This document shows, in pieces, positions 20,162 through 30,828 of a stretch of 64,000 bases of DNA. The number at the start of each line of letters is the position of its first letter. Positions within the stretch are counted from its first letter, which is position 1. The DNA comes from an uncultured Clostridia bacterium. GTDB lineage: Bacteria > Bacillota > Clostridia > TANB77 > CAG-508. The translations under genes were made by a program, and so were the position numbers. The DNA is taken from the NCBI GenBank assembly GCA_947426305.1, contig CANEDP010000004.1, forward strand, positions 2,067 through 66,066, read 5' to 3'. The notes below the pieces were generated by a model. The model searched no databases. It was not told the DNA's origin and saw only the letters and a program-made list of their open reading frames with translations.

Positions 20162-20364
20162 GGGGGACGGGGACACTCTTAAAGATTTACTTTTCTCGTC
20201 TTTTTCTTCTCTGTGTAAGGCTTCATTAATTTATTTAATTTTTTTCAAGAGTGTCCCCGTCCCCATTTTCTCTCATTTTATTTCCAAAAAAAATTCCGTT
20301 TAATCCCACTAACCTCAGCTATTATATTGACTTTTATTCTTTATCAAGACTGTCCCCGTCCCCC
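20162..20364. repeat. Three copies of an 18-19 bp GC-rich element (AAGA[G/C]TGTCCCCGTCCCC), one inverted and two direct
   Basis: Copy at 20162-20180 is the reverse complement. Copies at 20247-20264 and 20346-20364 are direct. They lie in AT-rich intergenic DNA upstream of the methyltransferase-MBL gene. Confidence 0.85.
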
Positions 20365-20461
20365 AACATTTTCCCAAATTTTTCTCACAATCACAATCAA
20401 CTTAAATCAAAAAAATCATCGTAAACCTTATTTACAATGATTTTTTATTCATTTATTTACT

Positions 20462-20653
20462 TTAATCTTCATCAAACAATAATTTAATGCCCCATAAACC
20501 AGAAATTCCAACTAAAGTATAAACAATTCTACTTAAAACCGACATATTGCCAAACAACGTCGCCACTAAATCAAATTTGAATAATCCAATTAACCCCCAG
20601 TTAATAGCGCCAATTATGATTAATACTAAAGCAATTTTATCAATAACTTTCAT
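20462..20653 (-). CDS. DUF378-type small membrane protein
   Basis: 63 aa, ..IIIGAINWGLIGLFKFDLVATLFG... Confidence 0.7.
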   Translation of the reverse strand: MKVIDKIALVLIIIGAINWGLIGLFKFDLVATLFGNMSVLSRIVYTLVGISGLWGIKLLFDED

Positions 20654-20710
20654 TTTTACCTCCTACGCTTTTTATCAATCTATAGGCTATTATTTACAAA
20701 TTATACTTTT

Positions 20711-21253
20711 TTATTCACCTTTTTGTTTCATTTCTAGTCTGTATCCAATCATCGAACTGATTAGCAAAATTCCTTCTAAAATCACACCAAACACAGATTT
20801 TACGTATAAATTATATGCTACCCACAAAATCCCCACTGGAATTCCGCAAAGTTTATAAACTGATGTTTTCTTTTGCCAAACAGAATATGTATATAGCATA
20901 GTTGCAAACACAGAAAGCAAGCTTAAGAACCCTTCATAAGTGAAAACAGCAAAAATAATCGATATAATATACAAAATTGCTAACACAAAAATATCTTTCT
21001 TCGTTATTTCATCTTGCTTGCCATTTTTCTTTTCATCGATTAAAAAGTAAATATTACGAACCAAAGCAACGATGCACATTGCCAAACCTGTGTAAGCATT
21101 CAGCAAAATATAGGCAATCGCATTGGCAATCAGCGACAAAAAACTAATGATTAAAACTGTTTTTCTATTTTTAACGTAATACGTAATCGCTAGTAGTACA
21201 TACATTAATATCGTAAACACTTGTGATAAAATATAAGTTACATCCCAATTCAT
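20711..21253 (-). CDS. YgjV-like inner membrane protein
   Basis: 180 aa with 5-6 TM segments and a YgjV-like N-terminus. Confidence 0.55.
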   Translation of the reverse strand: MNWDVTYILSQVFTILMYVLLAITYYVKNRKTVLIISFLSLIANAIAYILLNAYTGLAMCIVALVRNIYFLIDEKKNGKQDEITKKDIFVLAILYIISIIFAVFTYEGFLSLLSVFATMLYTYSVWQKKTSVYKLCGIPVGILWVAYNLYVKSVFGVILEGILLISSMIGYRLEMKQKGE

Positions 21254-21267
21254 CTTTACACCGCCTT

Positions 21268-21775
21268 TTATTTCAATTTCAACATATACAAACTTCTCAA
21301 AAATCCATTTGACAATCTCGTTTCTTTCACAAAATGTAAACCAATCTTTTCAAGTGTTTTCAAACTTCCAATATTATCTGGATGAGCCATGGAAATGATA
21401 TAATCGAAACCCAATTCTTTGGCTAGTTCTAATTCCATCGTTTGAAGTTTCGTGGTTATTCCATTTCCACGATATTTTGGCAAGACTAAATTTCCACCCA
21501 ATTCACAAACAGTATAATCCATAAGTCCAAATTCCTTTTTAAAATCTGCAAGCATATCTTGTGAAACATAAAGTTGAGCCATTCCGAACCAGTTTATCTC
21601 CGTCATATGCACCATATAACGGAGCATAATTTTCCTCATCAAACATATTCTTCATTTCCCATTCTTCATAAGGAATAAAATATTCTTTATTTTCCAAGTC
21701 TTCTAACACTATTTCTATCAATCCAAATAATTTTTTCTCATCTTTTGGAGTTATCTTTTTATAAACTAAATTCAT
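21268..21775 (-). CDS. GNAT acetyltransferase, frame broken at CGG 21584-21586 (168 aa after +1)
   Basis: ORFs join as ..YGAYDGDKLV-G-MAQLYVSQDML... GNAT motif LPKYRGNGITTKL. Confidence 0.7.
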
Positions 21776-21784
21776 TTCAGCCCC

Positions 21785-22213
21785 CTAAGATTCTCTTTCT
21801 TCTATTTGATTTTTTGATTTTTTCCTAAAATTTTCATTTGCCCTTTTCATCAATTCCATTAATTCTTCTTTACTATACAATCGATTTTCATCATATTTCT
21901 CTCCTTGCAAATACTCAGCAAAAACATCTGCTCTTTGGTATATGATTCCATATCTATGACCAAGTTCTTTATCTAAGTAATTTCTTACCAAACCACGTCC
22001 TCCTGGTTTAGCCATTCCTTCCCACCTTAACACAATTTCATCCTGAGTAATGCTTTGTTCTTTTCCAAAAACTCGTGCATTTCCTAACGGTTTAAATTCA
22101 CAAATAAAAGCCTCTAGTTTTTTAGTTTCCATATCAAATCTTATTTTTATATCTGGCATACGATATAATTTTTCTCCTCTTTTGAATTCTTGCATTTTCT
22201 TTTTTAAATCCAT
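21785..22213 (-). CDS. Hypothetical protein (142 aa)
   Basis: ORF begins 11 nt downstream of the HTH gene stop. I recognise no family. Confidence 0.5.
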   Translation of the reverse strand: MDLKKKMQEFKRGEKLYRMPDIKIRFDMETKKLEAFICEFKPLGNARVFGKEQSITQDEIVLRWEGMAKPGGRGLVRNYLDKELGHRYGIIYQRADVFAEYLQGEKYDENRLYSKEELMELMKRANENFRKKSKNQIEERES

Positions 22214-22224
22214 TTTTATTCCTC

Positions 22225-23463
22225 CTATTTCAAAACCTCCTTCAAATCTTTCGCATATGTTTTTAGGCTCTCAAAGCACTCACGCGCCTTTCTGATTTCT
22301 CTTTTGTTACGACTCACATAACCTCTTGCCTTACCTCCACTTGGCAAATCTGCTATCAAAATTTCATCATCAATTCCGTCCCAACCATTTCCAACGATTT
22401 CCAGTAACTTCGGCTCTTTTTCCAAAATTTCATGATAATCCACAAACATTGTATGTATCTTGCTTTGCATATAAATTTTAAGTGTTTTATTTTCTTTAAA
22501 TTTCGAAATTTCACTTTTACGAAAAATAAAAATCCTCTCCATTTTTGCTCCACGGCTTGCTGCCTCTAAATTCCACACTCGAAAGCTCATTTCCAACGGC
22601 TCTTCCGTCCATTCATCTTCTAGCATCGTTGAAGCACTCCAAAAGCAAGTATTTTTATCTAATTTTCTAAAATATTGCTCGATGGCTCGATAAAAAATTC
22701 CAGTTTCTAAATCCTTCGTTCTTCCTTTTTCATCAAATTCAATGTATCCACCATCTGTCGTAATCGCTGTTCCTGTTGTATTTTTAAATTTTGTAAATAA
22801 TGAAACAATATCTTCTGCCACATCATTTGGCAAAAAGATTTCGTCTTGATTGGGAATATCCAAATTCAAACTATTAATACGAAAACCAATTTTCTCTCGC
22901 GATTTTTTCGCCAATTTTGCTTCCAATTTCGCCTTCGCATTTGCCCTGTTATTGACCAAAACCACGCTTGACATACAATCCATTTTTTGCGCCATTTTGA
23001 TCATAAGCCATTCTTTATTGTTTAGTAAGTTTTCACTTGACAAATTGGTATCAATAAAAATCAAACCATCGTAATATTTTTCTGTTTTCTTCAAGGTATT
23101 TTCGAGTTTGGAACGATTTTCAAAATCGGTTTTCAAAATCTTCGTATCGCCTATTTTTTGTTTATTCACTCTCGTTTTTTCATCACAAATTCCTTCCACA
23201 AGATAGCCCTCTTTTTTCAGCAAAGGCAATAATTGATAACCAATTTCTGTATTGATATTGGCAACGAGTACTCTTTTTTCAACATCAATATAATGAGACA
23301 TTTTATTTCTTTTGTCCGTTGGCTTTATGGTATCTTCTGGAATTAGCCAATTTCTGCCATTTTTCGTTGCACCAGAAATTCTTCCTTCTTGGCATAATTG
23401 AATGATTCTTCTTTCAGATATACCCCATTTTTGGGTAAATTGTTTGGTGGTTAAATAACTCAT
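22225..23463 (-). CDS. HTH-domain protein with a large uncharacterised C-terminal region
   Basis: N-terminal TTKQFTQKWGISERRIIQLCQEGRISGATKNGRNWLIPEDTIKP (MerR/Xis-like HTH). Confidence 0.6.
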   Translation of the reverse strand: MSYLTTKQFTQKWGISERRIIQLCQEGRISGATKNGRNWLIPEDTIKPTDKRNKMSHYIDVEKRVLVANINTEIGYQLLPLLKKEGYLVEGICDEKTRVNKQKIGDTKILKTDFENRSKLENTLKKTEKYYDGLIFIDTNLSSENLLNNKEWLMIKMAQKMDCMSSVVLVNNRANAKAKLEAKLAKKSREKIGFRINSLNLDIPNQDEIFLPNDVAEDIVSLFTKFKNTTGTAITTDGGYIEFDEKGRTKDLETGIFYRAIEQYFRKLDKNTCFWSASTMLEDEWTEEPLEMSFRVWNLEAASRGAKMERIFIFRKSEISKFKENKTLKIYMQSKIHTMFVDYHEILEKEPKLLEIVGNGWDGIDDEILIADLPSGGKARGYVSRNKREIRKARECFESLKTYAKDLKEVLK

Positions 23464-23630
23464 TTTTCTGCTCCCTTTTATTATTCTTTTTTCAGAATGA
23501 TATGTTTTTTATTTATATATTATTCTGATATCGGAACAATATACTTATTTAATTATATTTTACACCGAAATCGGAATAATGTCAATATTTTTCTGCAAAA
23601 AAATCGTAGGGGTGATTATCAATCGTGTCC

Positions 23631-24314
23631 CTACGTGATATTTTTCTTCACTATAATTGAGAATTGATTAGCATTTGCTACTTTTCCTTCTACTTTTGAA
23701 GAATTAAAGATCGGGTTATCGTAACCAATTAAAACATCATAATTTTTATTTTTAAAATATTCTGTAAAAAATTCCTTTTTATATTGGTTAAAATAAGTTT
23801 TATAGTTCGGATTAAATGGCTCATCATCAAAAATCTCTTTTTCGGATTCTAGCCACTCCATTACATTAATCACAATTAAGCCATTCTCTTTCAACAATTC
23901 ATCAAACTTATCTAATATTTTGATGCATTCTGCATCATTTACATGAATTAAAGTTGCAAAACAAATAATAGCATCAAATGTTTCCTTCGGAAATTTCAGA
24001 TTTCTCATATCCATAACTTGAAACTCAGCATTTGGAGCATTTTTCTTTGCTACTTGTATCATATTTTGAGAAGCGTCAATTCCTATGACTTCAAAATTTT
24101 TTTCACACTTTTCCGTCAAATATTTGGGATAATCACCAACAGCTGTTCCTACGTCTAAAATCTTAGCATTATCGTTTAATCTAGCACAAATAAAATCGAT
24201 TTCCCTTTGAAATTGCACATTTCCTTTTAAATCCTTGGTCTTAAAATAGGCAATATATTCGTTTACAATATGATTATACGTTTCAACTGTAATGTCAGTT
24301 TTATTTTGACTCAT
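23631..24314 (-). CDS. Class I SAM-dependent methyltransferase
   Basis: ILDVGTAVGDY motif. ATG 24314 follows AAAGGAAAAA. The longer ORF start at 24410 overlaps nth and is unlikely. Confidence 0.75.
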   Translation of the reverse strand: MSQNKTDITVETYNHIVNEYIAYFKTKDLKGNVQFQREIDFICARLNDNAKILDVGTAVGDYPKYLTEKCEKNFEVIGIDASQNMIQVAKKNAPNAEFQVMDMRNLKFPKETFDAIICFATLIHVNDAECIKILDKFDELLKENGLIVINVMEWLESEKEIFDDEPFNPNYKTYFNQYKKEFFTEYFKNKNYDVLIGYDNPIFNSSKVEGKVANANQFSIIVKKNIT

Positions 24315-24960
24315 TTTTGTTTTTCCTTTCTTTGTAATAAAAATCACAATAACGATTAATCGGACAATTTTCACATTGTGGTTTACGCGCGATACAAGAT
24401 TTCCTTCCATGCCAAACTAGCAAATGATTAACATCATAATAATATTTTTTCGGAATAACTTTTAGCAAATCTTGCTCGATTTTAACTGGATCTTCTTCTT
24501 TTGAAAAGCCAACTTTGTTAGAAATCCTTTTTGCGTGCGTATCAACCGCTATTCCAACTGGATTTTGAAATGCTTCTAGCATTATAACATTCGCACTTTT
24601 TCTGCCAACGCCAGGCAAACTTTGCAATAATTCCATATCATTTGGAACAATTCCGCCAAATTCCTCAAGCAACTTTTGGCTACACGCCTTGATGTTTTTT
24701 GCCTTATTTTTATAAAATCCACAAGGGTGAATGATTTGTTCCAATTCTTCCAATTCAATCTTCGCCAAATCTTGTGGCGTATTGTATTTTCCAAATAAAT
24801 CTGGCGTCGTTTTATTGACTCTTTCATCAGTGCATTGCGCTGACAGCATAACCGCAATCATCATTTCAAAAGGAGTACTAAAATCCAGACTGCAAGTACA
24901 GTCTGGATAATATTCTTTTAGAATCTCAATAATTTTAACAGCTTCCTTTTTCGTTTTCAT
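24301..24960 (-). CDS. nth: Endonuclease III
   Basis: HhH-GPD motif LPGVGRKSANV and 4Fe-4S cluster CIARKPQCENCPINRYC. GGAGAG RBS precedes ATG 24960. Confidence 0.9.
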   Translation of the reverse strand: MKTKKEAVKIIEILKEYYPDCTCSLDFSTPFEMMIAVMLSAQCTDERVNKTTPDLFGKYNTPQDLAKIELEELEQIIHPCGFYKNKAKNIKACSQKLLEEFGGIVPNDMELLQSLPGVGRKSANVIMLEAFQNPVGIAVDTHAKRISNKVGFSKEEDPVKIEQDLLKVIPKKYYYDVNHLLVWHGRKSCIARKPQCENCPINRYCDFYYKERKNKNESK

Positions 24961-24961
24961 T

Positions 24962-26083
24962 TTACTCTCCATCAATTGCTTCATTTTTTACTTTTTTAAA
25001 TATCATATCAAATAAAGTTCCTAATCCAATCAAAGAAGTTAAGAATACTATAGTTCCACCAATCGTAGGAATAAAACTAATCGCTTTTACAATAATCGAA
25101 ACCAAAATTGCTATTCCAATAATTTTTCCTTTGTTTTCTTTTTCAAAACGATAAGCAACTTCAACCGCAAAAATCGATGTCGCAAGGTACGCAATAACAA
25201 TATAAATCGCTAATAATGAAACACCCAAACCTGATCCAATCAGTGAAATCATCAATAAAACGCTAATTACTGGAACAACAATCAAAACACCAATTCCTTT
25301 TCCGATTGATTTTAAGTATTCTGAAACCCCATTTTCTCTCGTGTATAAATTCTTGAATTTTCTTACTAAAAATACGATTATCAAGGCAACAATCAATGTT
25401 CTCACAATGATAGTTATAAAGTCAAAAACGTAATCACCTACCCCTTTTTGATAAGTATTGTTTGGTCTTGCTTGCTCAAATGCAATATCTCCAATTTGGG
25501 CATTTTCAGAAATTGTTCCTTCTTTTTCGGAAGAATAATTCAATTTTCCTACAATTTTTGCTGTTTCTGCAATGTTCAATGTTTCTGCGAACCCATAAAA
25601 ATCTCTTTCAATTCTACCACTTATATCAACCGTTCCTGCTGAAACTCTCGCGCTTCTCCATACCGAACAATCTTGGCTAAAATTCACTTTGTTTCCAACT
25701 GCATAAACATCATTCATCGAGCCAGAAAGATTAATCGTTTCACCCATGGCAAAAACAGAACCTCCAATTTGAGAATTCACAATCTCAACTCTTTCAGCCA
25801 TTACAAACACATTTCCAAAAACATTTGCTCCATCAATTTTTACATCTTGTGCCATAACATAGATGTTTCCATCAACAATTTTGTCAATAACAACCTCTTG
25901 CCCCATCTCATAAACATCATCTTGAATCATCTTAGATTCGTCCATTGATTCTTGGGAAATCAATTGGATTAAATCATCATAATTTACATCTTCGATATCT
26001 TCCAAATCTTCTGGATATGCTGCCAGTGAGATATTGGCAAACATTAGCACAATTAAAATTAACACTCCAATTACTTTTTTCAT
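24962..26083 (-). CDS. Secreted or membrane protein with bactofilin-like beta-helix repeats and a C-terminal multi-TM region
   Basis: Signal peptide MKKVIGVLILIVLMFANISLA. Repeats GNIYVMAQDVKIDG.., followed by 4-5 TM helices. Confidence 0.5.
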   Translation of the reverse strand: MKKVIGVLILIVLMFANISLAAYPEDLEDIEDVNYDDLIQLISQESMDESKMIQDDVYEMGQEVVIDKIVDGNIYVMAQDVKIDGANVFGNVFVMAERVEIVNSQIGGSVFAMGETINLSGSMNDVYAVGNKVNFSQDCSVWRSARVSAGTVDISGRIERDFYGFAETLNIAETAKIVGKLNYSSEKEGTISENAQIGDIAFEQARPNNTYQKGVGDYVFDFITIIVRTLIVALIIVFLVRKFKNLYTRENGVSEYLKSIGKGIGVLIVVPVISVLLMISLIGSGLGVSLLAIYIVIAYLATSIFAVEVAYRFEKENKGKIIGIAILVSIIVKAISFIPTIGGTIVFLTSLIGLGTLFDMIFKKVKNEAIDGE

Positions 26084-26084
26084 T

Positions 26085-26753
26085 TCAAGCCTCCTTTAAT
26101 TTTTTAACAGATTCAGCATAATTTTCTGAATTTGTAATATAACTTCCTGATACCACTCGGTCACAGCCAGCAGATTTCACTTTTTTGACAGTTTCATGAT
26201 TTATGCCACCATCTACTTCAATAACGAGATTCTCTAGGTTATTATCGAAAATCATTTGCTTTAATTCTTTGATTTTTTCTAGCATTTCTGAAATAAATTT
26301 CTGACCACCTTTGCCAGGAACAACTGTCATAATTAGCACTTGATGAATATAGGGCAAAAATTCTTGTATTTCTTGTACTTTCGTTTCTGGACTAATCGCA
26401 ATTCCTACTTGAATGCCATTATCTTTGATATCTTCAATAATATTCATCATTCGTTCTTTGTCTCGAATGGCTTCATAATGAAACGTAATGATTTTGGGTT
26501 CTAACGGAATATAATCATCCATGATTTCTTCCACATTTTCAACCATTAAATGAACATCTAACCCCACATTACTAATATGCGAAAGTGTCAAACTACATTC
26601 TTTCATGACTTCCAAATTATTTTTTTCCACAAATTTTCCATCCGCTACATCAATATGAAAATAATCGATTTTGGCAGTCTCTAAATTATAAAATAAAGTT
26701 GGAATTAAATCTTCTTTTTTTGCAGATAATAAAGATACAGATATTTCTAGCAT
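26085..26753 (-). CDS. rpe: Ribulose-phosphate 3-epimerase
   Basis: MLEISVSLLSA..HIDVADGKFV..HLMV... RBS precedes ATG 26753. Confidence 0.9.
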   Translation of the reverse strand: MLEISVSLLSAKKEDLIPTLFYNLETAKIDYFHIDVADGKFVEKNNLEVMKECSLTLSHISNVGLDVHLMVENVEEIMDDYIPLEPKIITFHYEAIRDKERMMNIIEDIKDNGIQVGIAISPETKVQEIQEFLPYIHQVLIMTVVPGKGGQKFISEMLEKIKELKQMIFDNNLENLVIEVDGGINHETVKKVKSAGCDRVVSGSYITNSENYAESVKKLKEA

Positions 26754-26820
26754 TGTTTTTCCTTTCCTTTTGTATATTTTTAGAATGATAGGTGAGCAGA
26801 ATACTCTGCTCATTTCTCAT

Positions 26821-28944
26821 TTATTCTACTGTTACTGTCTGATCGCCTTGCGAAAAATCAACGGATTTATTGAATTTTACAACATCATCAACATATACTT
26901 TTACATCTTTAACTCCTGAAGCGGTATAACTTGCCGAGATGTCAGTTGTGTTTAATTTTTTCGTTTCAGAATAGATGTTGTCTTCTCCTACTTTGATTAC
27001 TACTTTGGCAGATTTGATTTCTGGCGCTTTTGGTGTGGTAGGCGTTGTATTGGTATCGTTAGCGTCTGTGTTTTGAACTGGTTCTTGTACGGGTTCTGGT
27101 TCTGTATATTTCATTAATGATTTTAAATTTACGTTTACCGTAACTTTCGATTTGGTTGGCAATTTGTTGACTGTTAAGCTTATCGTCGTTCCTTCTTTTA
27201 CTACTTTATTACTATTGATGCTTTGCGAAATTACAATTCCATCGCTTTTATTCGTATTTTCTTCGTAATTTACTTCGACTTTCAAGCCCAAACCTTCCAA
27301 TGTACTCTTGGCATCTGCCTCTGATTTATTGACAACACTTACCACTGTCACATCTTTAAATTGACTTCCTTTGCTAACCGTAATATTCAAGGTAGTATCT
27401 AACGTAATTTCTTCATTTCCTTCATGGTCAACTTCTGTAACGATTCCAGCTTCGACTTCTTCGTTAAATTCTTCTTTGATTTCATATTTCAAAACTAAAT
27501 TTTCATCGTCTAATTCTTCTGTTAACGCTTCCAATTCCTTAATTAATTCGTCTTTTTTCTTACCCACCATTTTTCGTGGAAGTTTGACTTTCGTGTTTTT
27601 CAATTTTTCTGCCAACGCCTCATCTAAACTTCCTTCACTAATTACCAATTTTATTTCTTCCGTTTCATTTATCGTATAATTAGCTTGAAACTCTGGTTTC
27701 TGGCTAATAACATATCCTTTTTCGACATCGTCACTATTTTGACGTTCGATTTGGTAATTGGTTAAACCTAATTCATTCAAAAGTGCAATAGCTTGTTCTT
27801 CACTCATTGGATTTCCTGCATCGTTTTTCACAAGATTTGGAATTTGGATTTGTTCTGGTCTTTTTGAAAAGATTGATAACGCACCAAACATCGCTCCAAA
27901 AAATAGCACGATACAAATTACGATAATTGCAATAATTCTTGCTACTTTATGCTCTGCAAAAAATCGCAATACTTTATTTTTCGGTTTTTCATCGCTTTTT
28001 TCTTTTTTATCAGACTTTTGGCTTTTTCTCTCTGCGTTTTTGTCCAAATCATAAATGGTTGGAATTTTTTGTGTTGGAGAATTTTCGGATGTTTTATGTA
28101 TGCGAACGAAATTTCCATCTGGTTCTTTTAACGCATGGCTCAAATCTTCCAACATTTCTGTTGCATTTTGATAGCGACAATTTGGATCTTTTTGCATTGC
28201 TTTTAAAATAATCATATTCACACTAGTTGGTATTTCATCATTATATTCTCTTGGCTCAACTGGTTCTTCTTGCACTTGTTTTAGTGCAACAGAAACTGGT
28301 GTATCTGCATCAAATGGAACTCGTGCAGTTAGCATTTCATATAACACAATGCCTAAAGAATACAAATCTGATTTGGCATCTGTAAATCCGCCTTTTGCGT
28401 GTTCTGGAGAGAAATAGTGAACCGAACCAATCGTTGTTCCAAATGCTGTAATCGTTGAATTGGAAACAGCTTTGGCAATTCCAAAGTCGGTTACTTTGGC
28501 GATTCCATCTTCTGTGATAATAATATTGTGTGGCTTAATATCTCTATGTATAATATTGTTTTTATGAGCCACTTCTAATGCAGACGCAATTTGAATTGCA
28601 ATATTGACAGACCATTTCCAAGATAAAATTCCATCTTCCACAATAATTTCTTTTAGTGTTTTTCCTTGAATTAATTCCATCACAATGTAATACAAATTAT
28701 CTTCATTTCCAACATCGTAAATGGATACGATATTAGGATGGGTAAGGCTTGCTGCTGACTGAGCTTCTGAATTGAATCGTTTGATGAAATCACTATCTGT
28801 GGTAAATTCGTCTTTTAGAATTTTAACAGCAACATAACGATTGAGTACATGACATTTTGCTTTATAAACCGTTGCCATTCCGCCATTTCCTATTTTCTCT
28901 AAAATTTCATATCGATTATCTAACATTTTTCCTATTAAATTCAT
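26821..28944 (-). CDS. prkC: Ser/Thr protein kinase with a TM segment and PASTA repeats
   Basis: Kinase motifs GGMATVYKA, HRDIKPHN, DFGIA. Extracellular PASTA-like repeats. AGGAAGGAAGAG RBS precedes ATG 28944. Confidence 0.9.
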   Translation of the reverse strand: MNLIGKMLDNRYEILEKIGNGGMATVYKAKCHVLNRYVAVKILKDEFTTDSDFIKRFNSEAQSAASLTHPNIVSIYDVGNEDNLYYIVMELIQGKTLKEIIVEDGILSWKWSVNIAIQIASALEVAHKNNIIHRDIKPHNIIITEDGIAKVTDFGIAKAVSNSTITAFGTTIGSVHYFSPEHAKGGFTDAKSDLYSLGIVLYEMLTARVPFDADTPVSVALKQVQEEPVEPREYNDEIPTSVNMIILKAMQKDPNCRYQNATEMLEDLSHALKEPDGNFVRIHKTSENSPTQKIPTIYDLDKNAERKSQKSDKKEKSDEKPKNKVLRFFAEHKVARIIAIIVICIVLFFGAMFGALSIFSKRPEQIQIPNLVKNDAGNPMSEEQAIALLNELGLTNYQIERQNSDDVEKGYVISQKPEFQANYTINETEEIKLVISEGSLDEALAEKLKNTKVKLPRKMVGKKKDELIKELEALTEELDDENLVLKYEIKEEFNEEVEAGIVTEVDHEGNEEITLDTTLNITVSKGSQFKDVTVVSVVNKSEADAKSTLEGLGLKVEVNYEENTNKSDGIVISQSINSNKVVKEGTTISLTVNKLPTKSKVTVNVNLKSLMKYTEPEPVQEPVQNTDANDTNTTPTTPKAPEIKSAKVVIKVGEDNIYSETKKLNTTDISASYTASGVKDVKVYVDDVVKFNKSVDFSQGDQTVTVE

Positions 28945-28999
28945 TTCTTTCTCTTCCTTCCTTAGGATTGGGTGGTTCAAAACCACGCCCGTACATTTT

Positions 29000-29744
29000 T
29001 TATATATTATCAATTATAATTGCTGTGATATTATCGATTCCGTCCTTCTCGGTTTGCACTGTTGATTAAGGCTGCTACTGGATTTTCCGAATTATCTAAT
29101 AAAATTTTATAGATTTGGTCGTCTTTTAACATATTGGTTAAGCCGTCAGAACACATTAATAAAATATCGTCTTTTAAAAATCCTTTGCACATAACATCTG
29201 GTTCCACCAACGAATTGCAACCAATTGCTTTGACGAGCATATTTTTCTTTGGATGTGTGTCTGCTTCTTCTTTGGTTATTTCGCCATCTTTAATGAGTTT
29301 TTGAACATAGCTGTGGTCGGTTGTCAGTCTTCGCATAATATTTTTTCGAATGCGATACACACGACTGTCACCAACATGACCAATAAATACCTTATTATTA
29401 TATATTAGACATACCTCCAAAGTAGTACCCATATCTTTTAATTCTTCGTTTTCTTTCGAACGTTCATATACCATCAAATTGGCATATTCCATGCTATCTG
29501 TTATAAGTTTTAAGATGTCGGCTCGCTCTTTTGGGGTTTCTTGAAAATTATTGCAAATATAATTTTGGGCACTATAGACTGCCACAGAACTTGCAATTTC
29601 CCCACCTTTGTAGCCTCCCATTCCGTCTGCTAATATAAACAACTTGATTTCATCCTCTTCTTTAGCGGCATAAAAATTGTCTTGATTCATATCGCGCGTT
29701 TTGCCGATATCTGATTTGGCTAAAATTCTCAAACTAAACATCAC
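29000..29744 (-). CDS. stp: PP2C-family Ser/Thr phosphatase, frame broken at CGG 29040-29042 (247 aa after +1)
   Basis: Frame 0 ends ..ANREGRNR* at 29031. The +1 frame gives ..ANREG-G-IDNITAIIIDNI*, restoring the conserved GGxDNIT terminus. Confidence 0.85.
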
Positions 29745-29747
29745 CTC

Positions 29748-30785
29748 TTATCTTTTGCTCAAATTTTGTCTGCGAAGTTGGCCACATGCTGCATTGATAT
29801 CTGAGCCTAATTCTCTTCGAATCGTTGCTACAATTCCTTTTTCATTTAGATAATCTCTAAATTTCATGATATTTTCATTCGTACTTTTCGTAAATTTTCC
29901 ATCTTCAATTTGATTAATTGGAATCAAATTGACATGAGCCAGCATACCTTTTAGGAGTTTGGCTAACTCTTTTGCATCTTCTATGTTATCATTATTCTCT
30001 TTTGCTAAAGCATATTCAAAAGAGATTCTTTTATTGGTTTTTTCAATATAATATTGACACGCTTTTATCAATTCTTCAATTGGGTAAGCATTATTAACTG
30101 GCATCATACTACTTCTTGTTTGATTATTACTGCTATGTAAAGAAATCGATAAGGTGCATTGCATTTGTCTGTCTGCTAATTCATAAATCTTAGGAACAAT
30201 GCCACTGGTCGAAATCGAAATATGTCTTGCTCCAATGTTTAACCCTTTAGGATTGTTCATGATTTCGATTGCTTTCATGACATTTTCAAAATTATCGAGT
30301 GGCTCTCCAATTCCCATAAATACGATATTCGATATTCGAATATTTTCATCTCTTTCAATTGCAATAATTTGCTGAGTAATCTCTCCTGGCTCTAAATTTC
30401 TGACAAAGGGAATTCCTGTCGAAGCACAAAATTTGCACCCCATTTTACAGCCAATTTGCGAAGACACACAAATCGTATAACCATGATGATATTGCATCAA
30501 AACTGTTTCGATTAAGTTTTCTTCTGCATCACACAGATTAAATAAATATTTCTTTGTACCATCTTTGGAAATCAATTTATGCTCAATTTGAAAATTCCCT
30601 ATTGTATAATTTTCTGCCAATTGTTCTCTTAACTCTAAGGACAAATTGGTCATTTCATCAAAACTGCTTACTTTTTCTTGATTTAGCCATTTGAAAATTT
30701 GCTCTGCACGAAACGGCTTTTGCCCTATTTGTATCATTTCCTGTTTTAGGTCATTTAAATCATAATTTCTAATATTTTTCTTCAT
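29748..30785 (-). CDS. rlmN: 23S rRNA/tRNA A-C2 methyltransferase (radical SAM)
   Basis: SSQIGCKMGCKFCASTG, ..GMGEPLDN.., and C-terminal CGQL. Confidence 0.9.
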   Translation of the reverse strand: MKKNIRNYDLNDLKQEMIQIGQKPFRAEQIFKWLNQEKVSSFDEMTNLSLELREQLAENYTIGNFQIEHKLISKDGTKKYLFNLCDAEENLIETVLMQYHHGYTICVSSQIGCKMGCKFCASTGIPFVRNLEPGEITQQIIAIERDENIRISNIVFMGIGEPLDNFENVMKAIEIMNNPKGLNIGARHISISTSGIVPKIYELADRQMQCTLSISLHSSNNQTRSSMMPVNNAYPIEELIKACQYYIEKTNKRISFEYALAKENNDNIEDAKELAKLLKGMLAHVNLIPINQIEDGKFTKSTNENIMKFRDYLNEKGIVATIRRELGSDINAACGQLRRQNLSKR

Positions 30786-30828
30786 AATTCTTTTATATCA
30801 CAAACTTATTTTTCGTTCAATAGCTATT

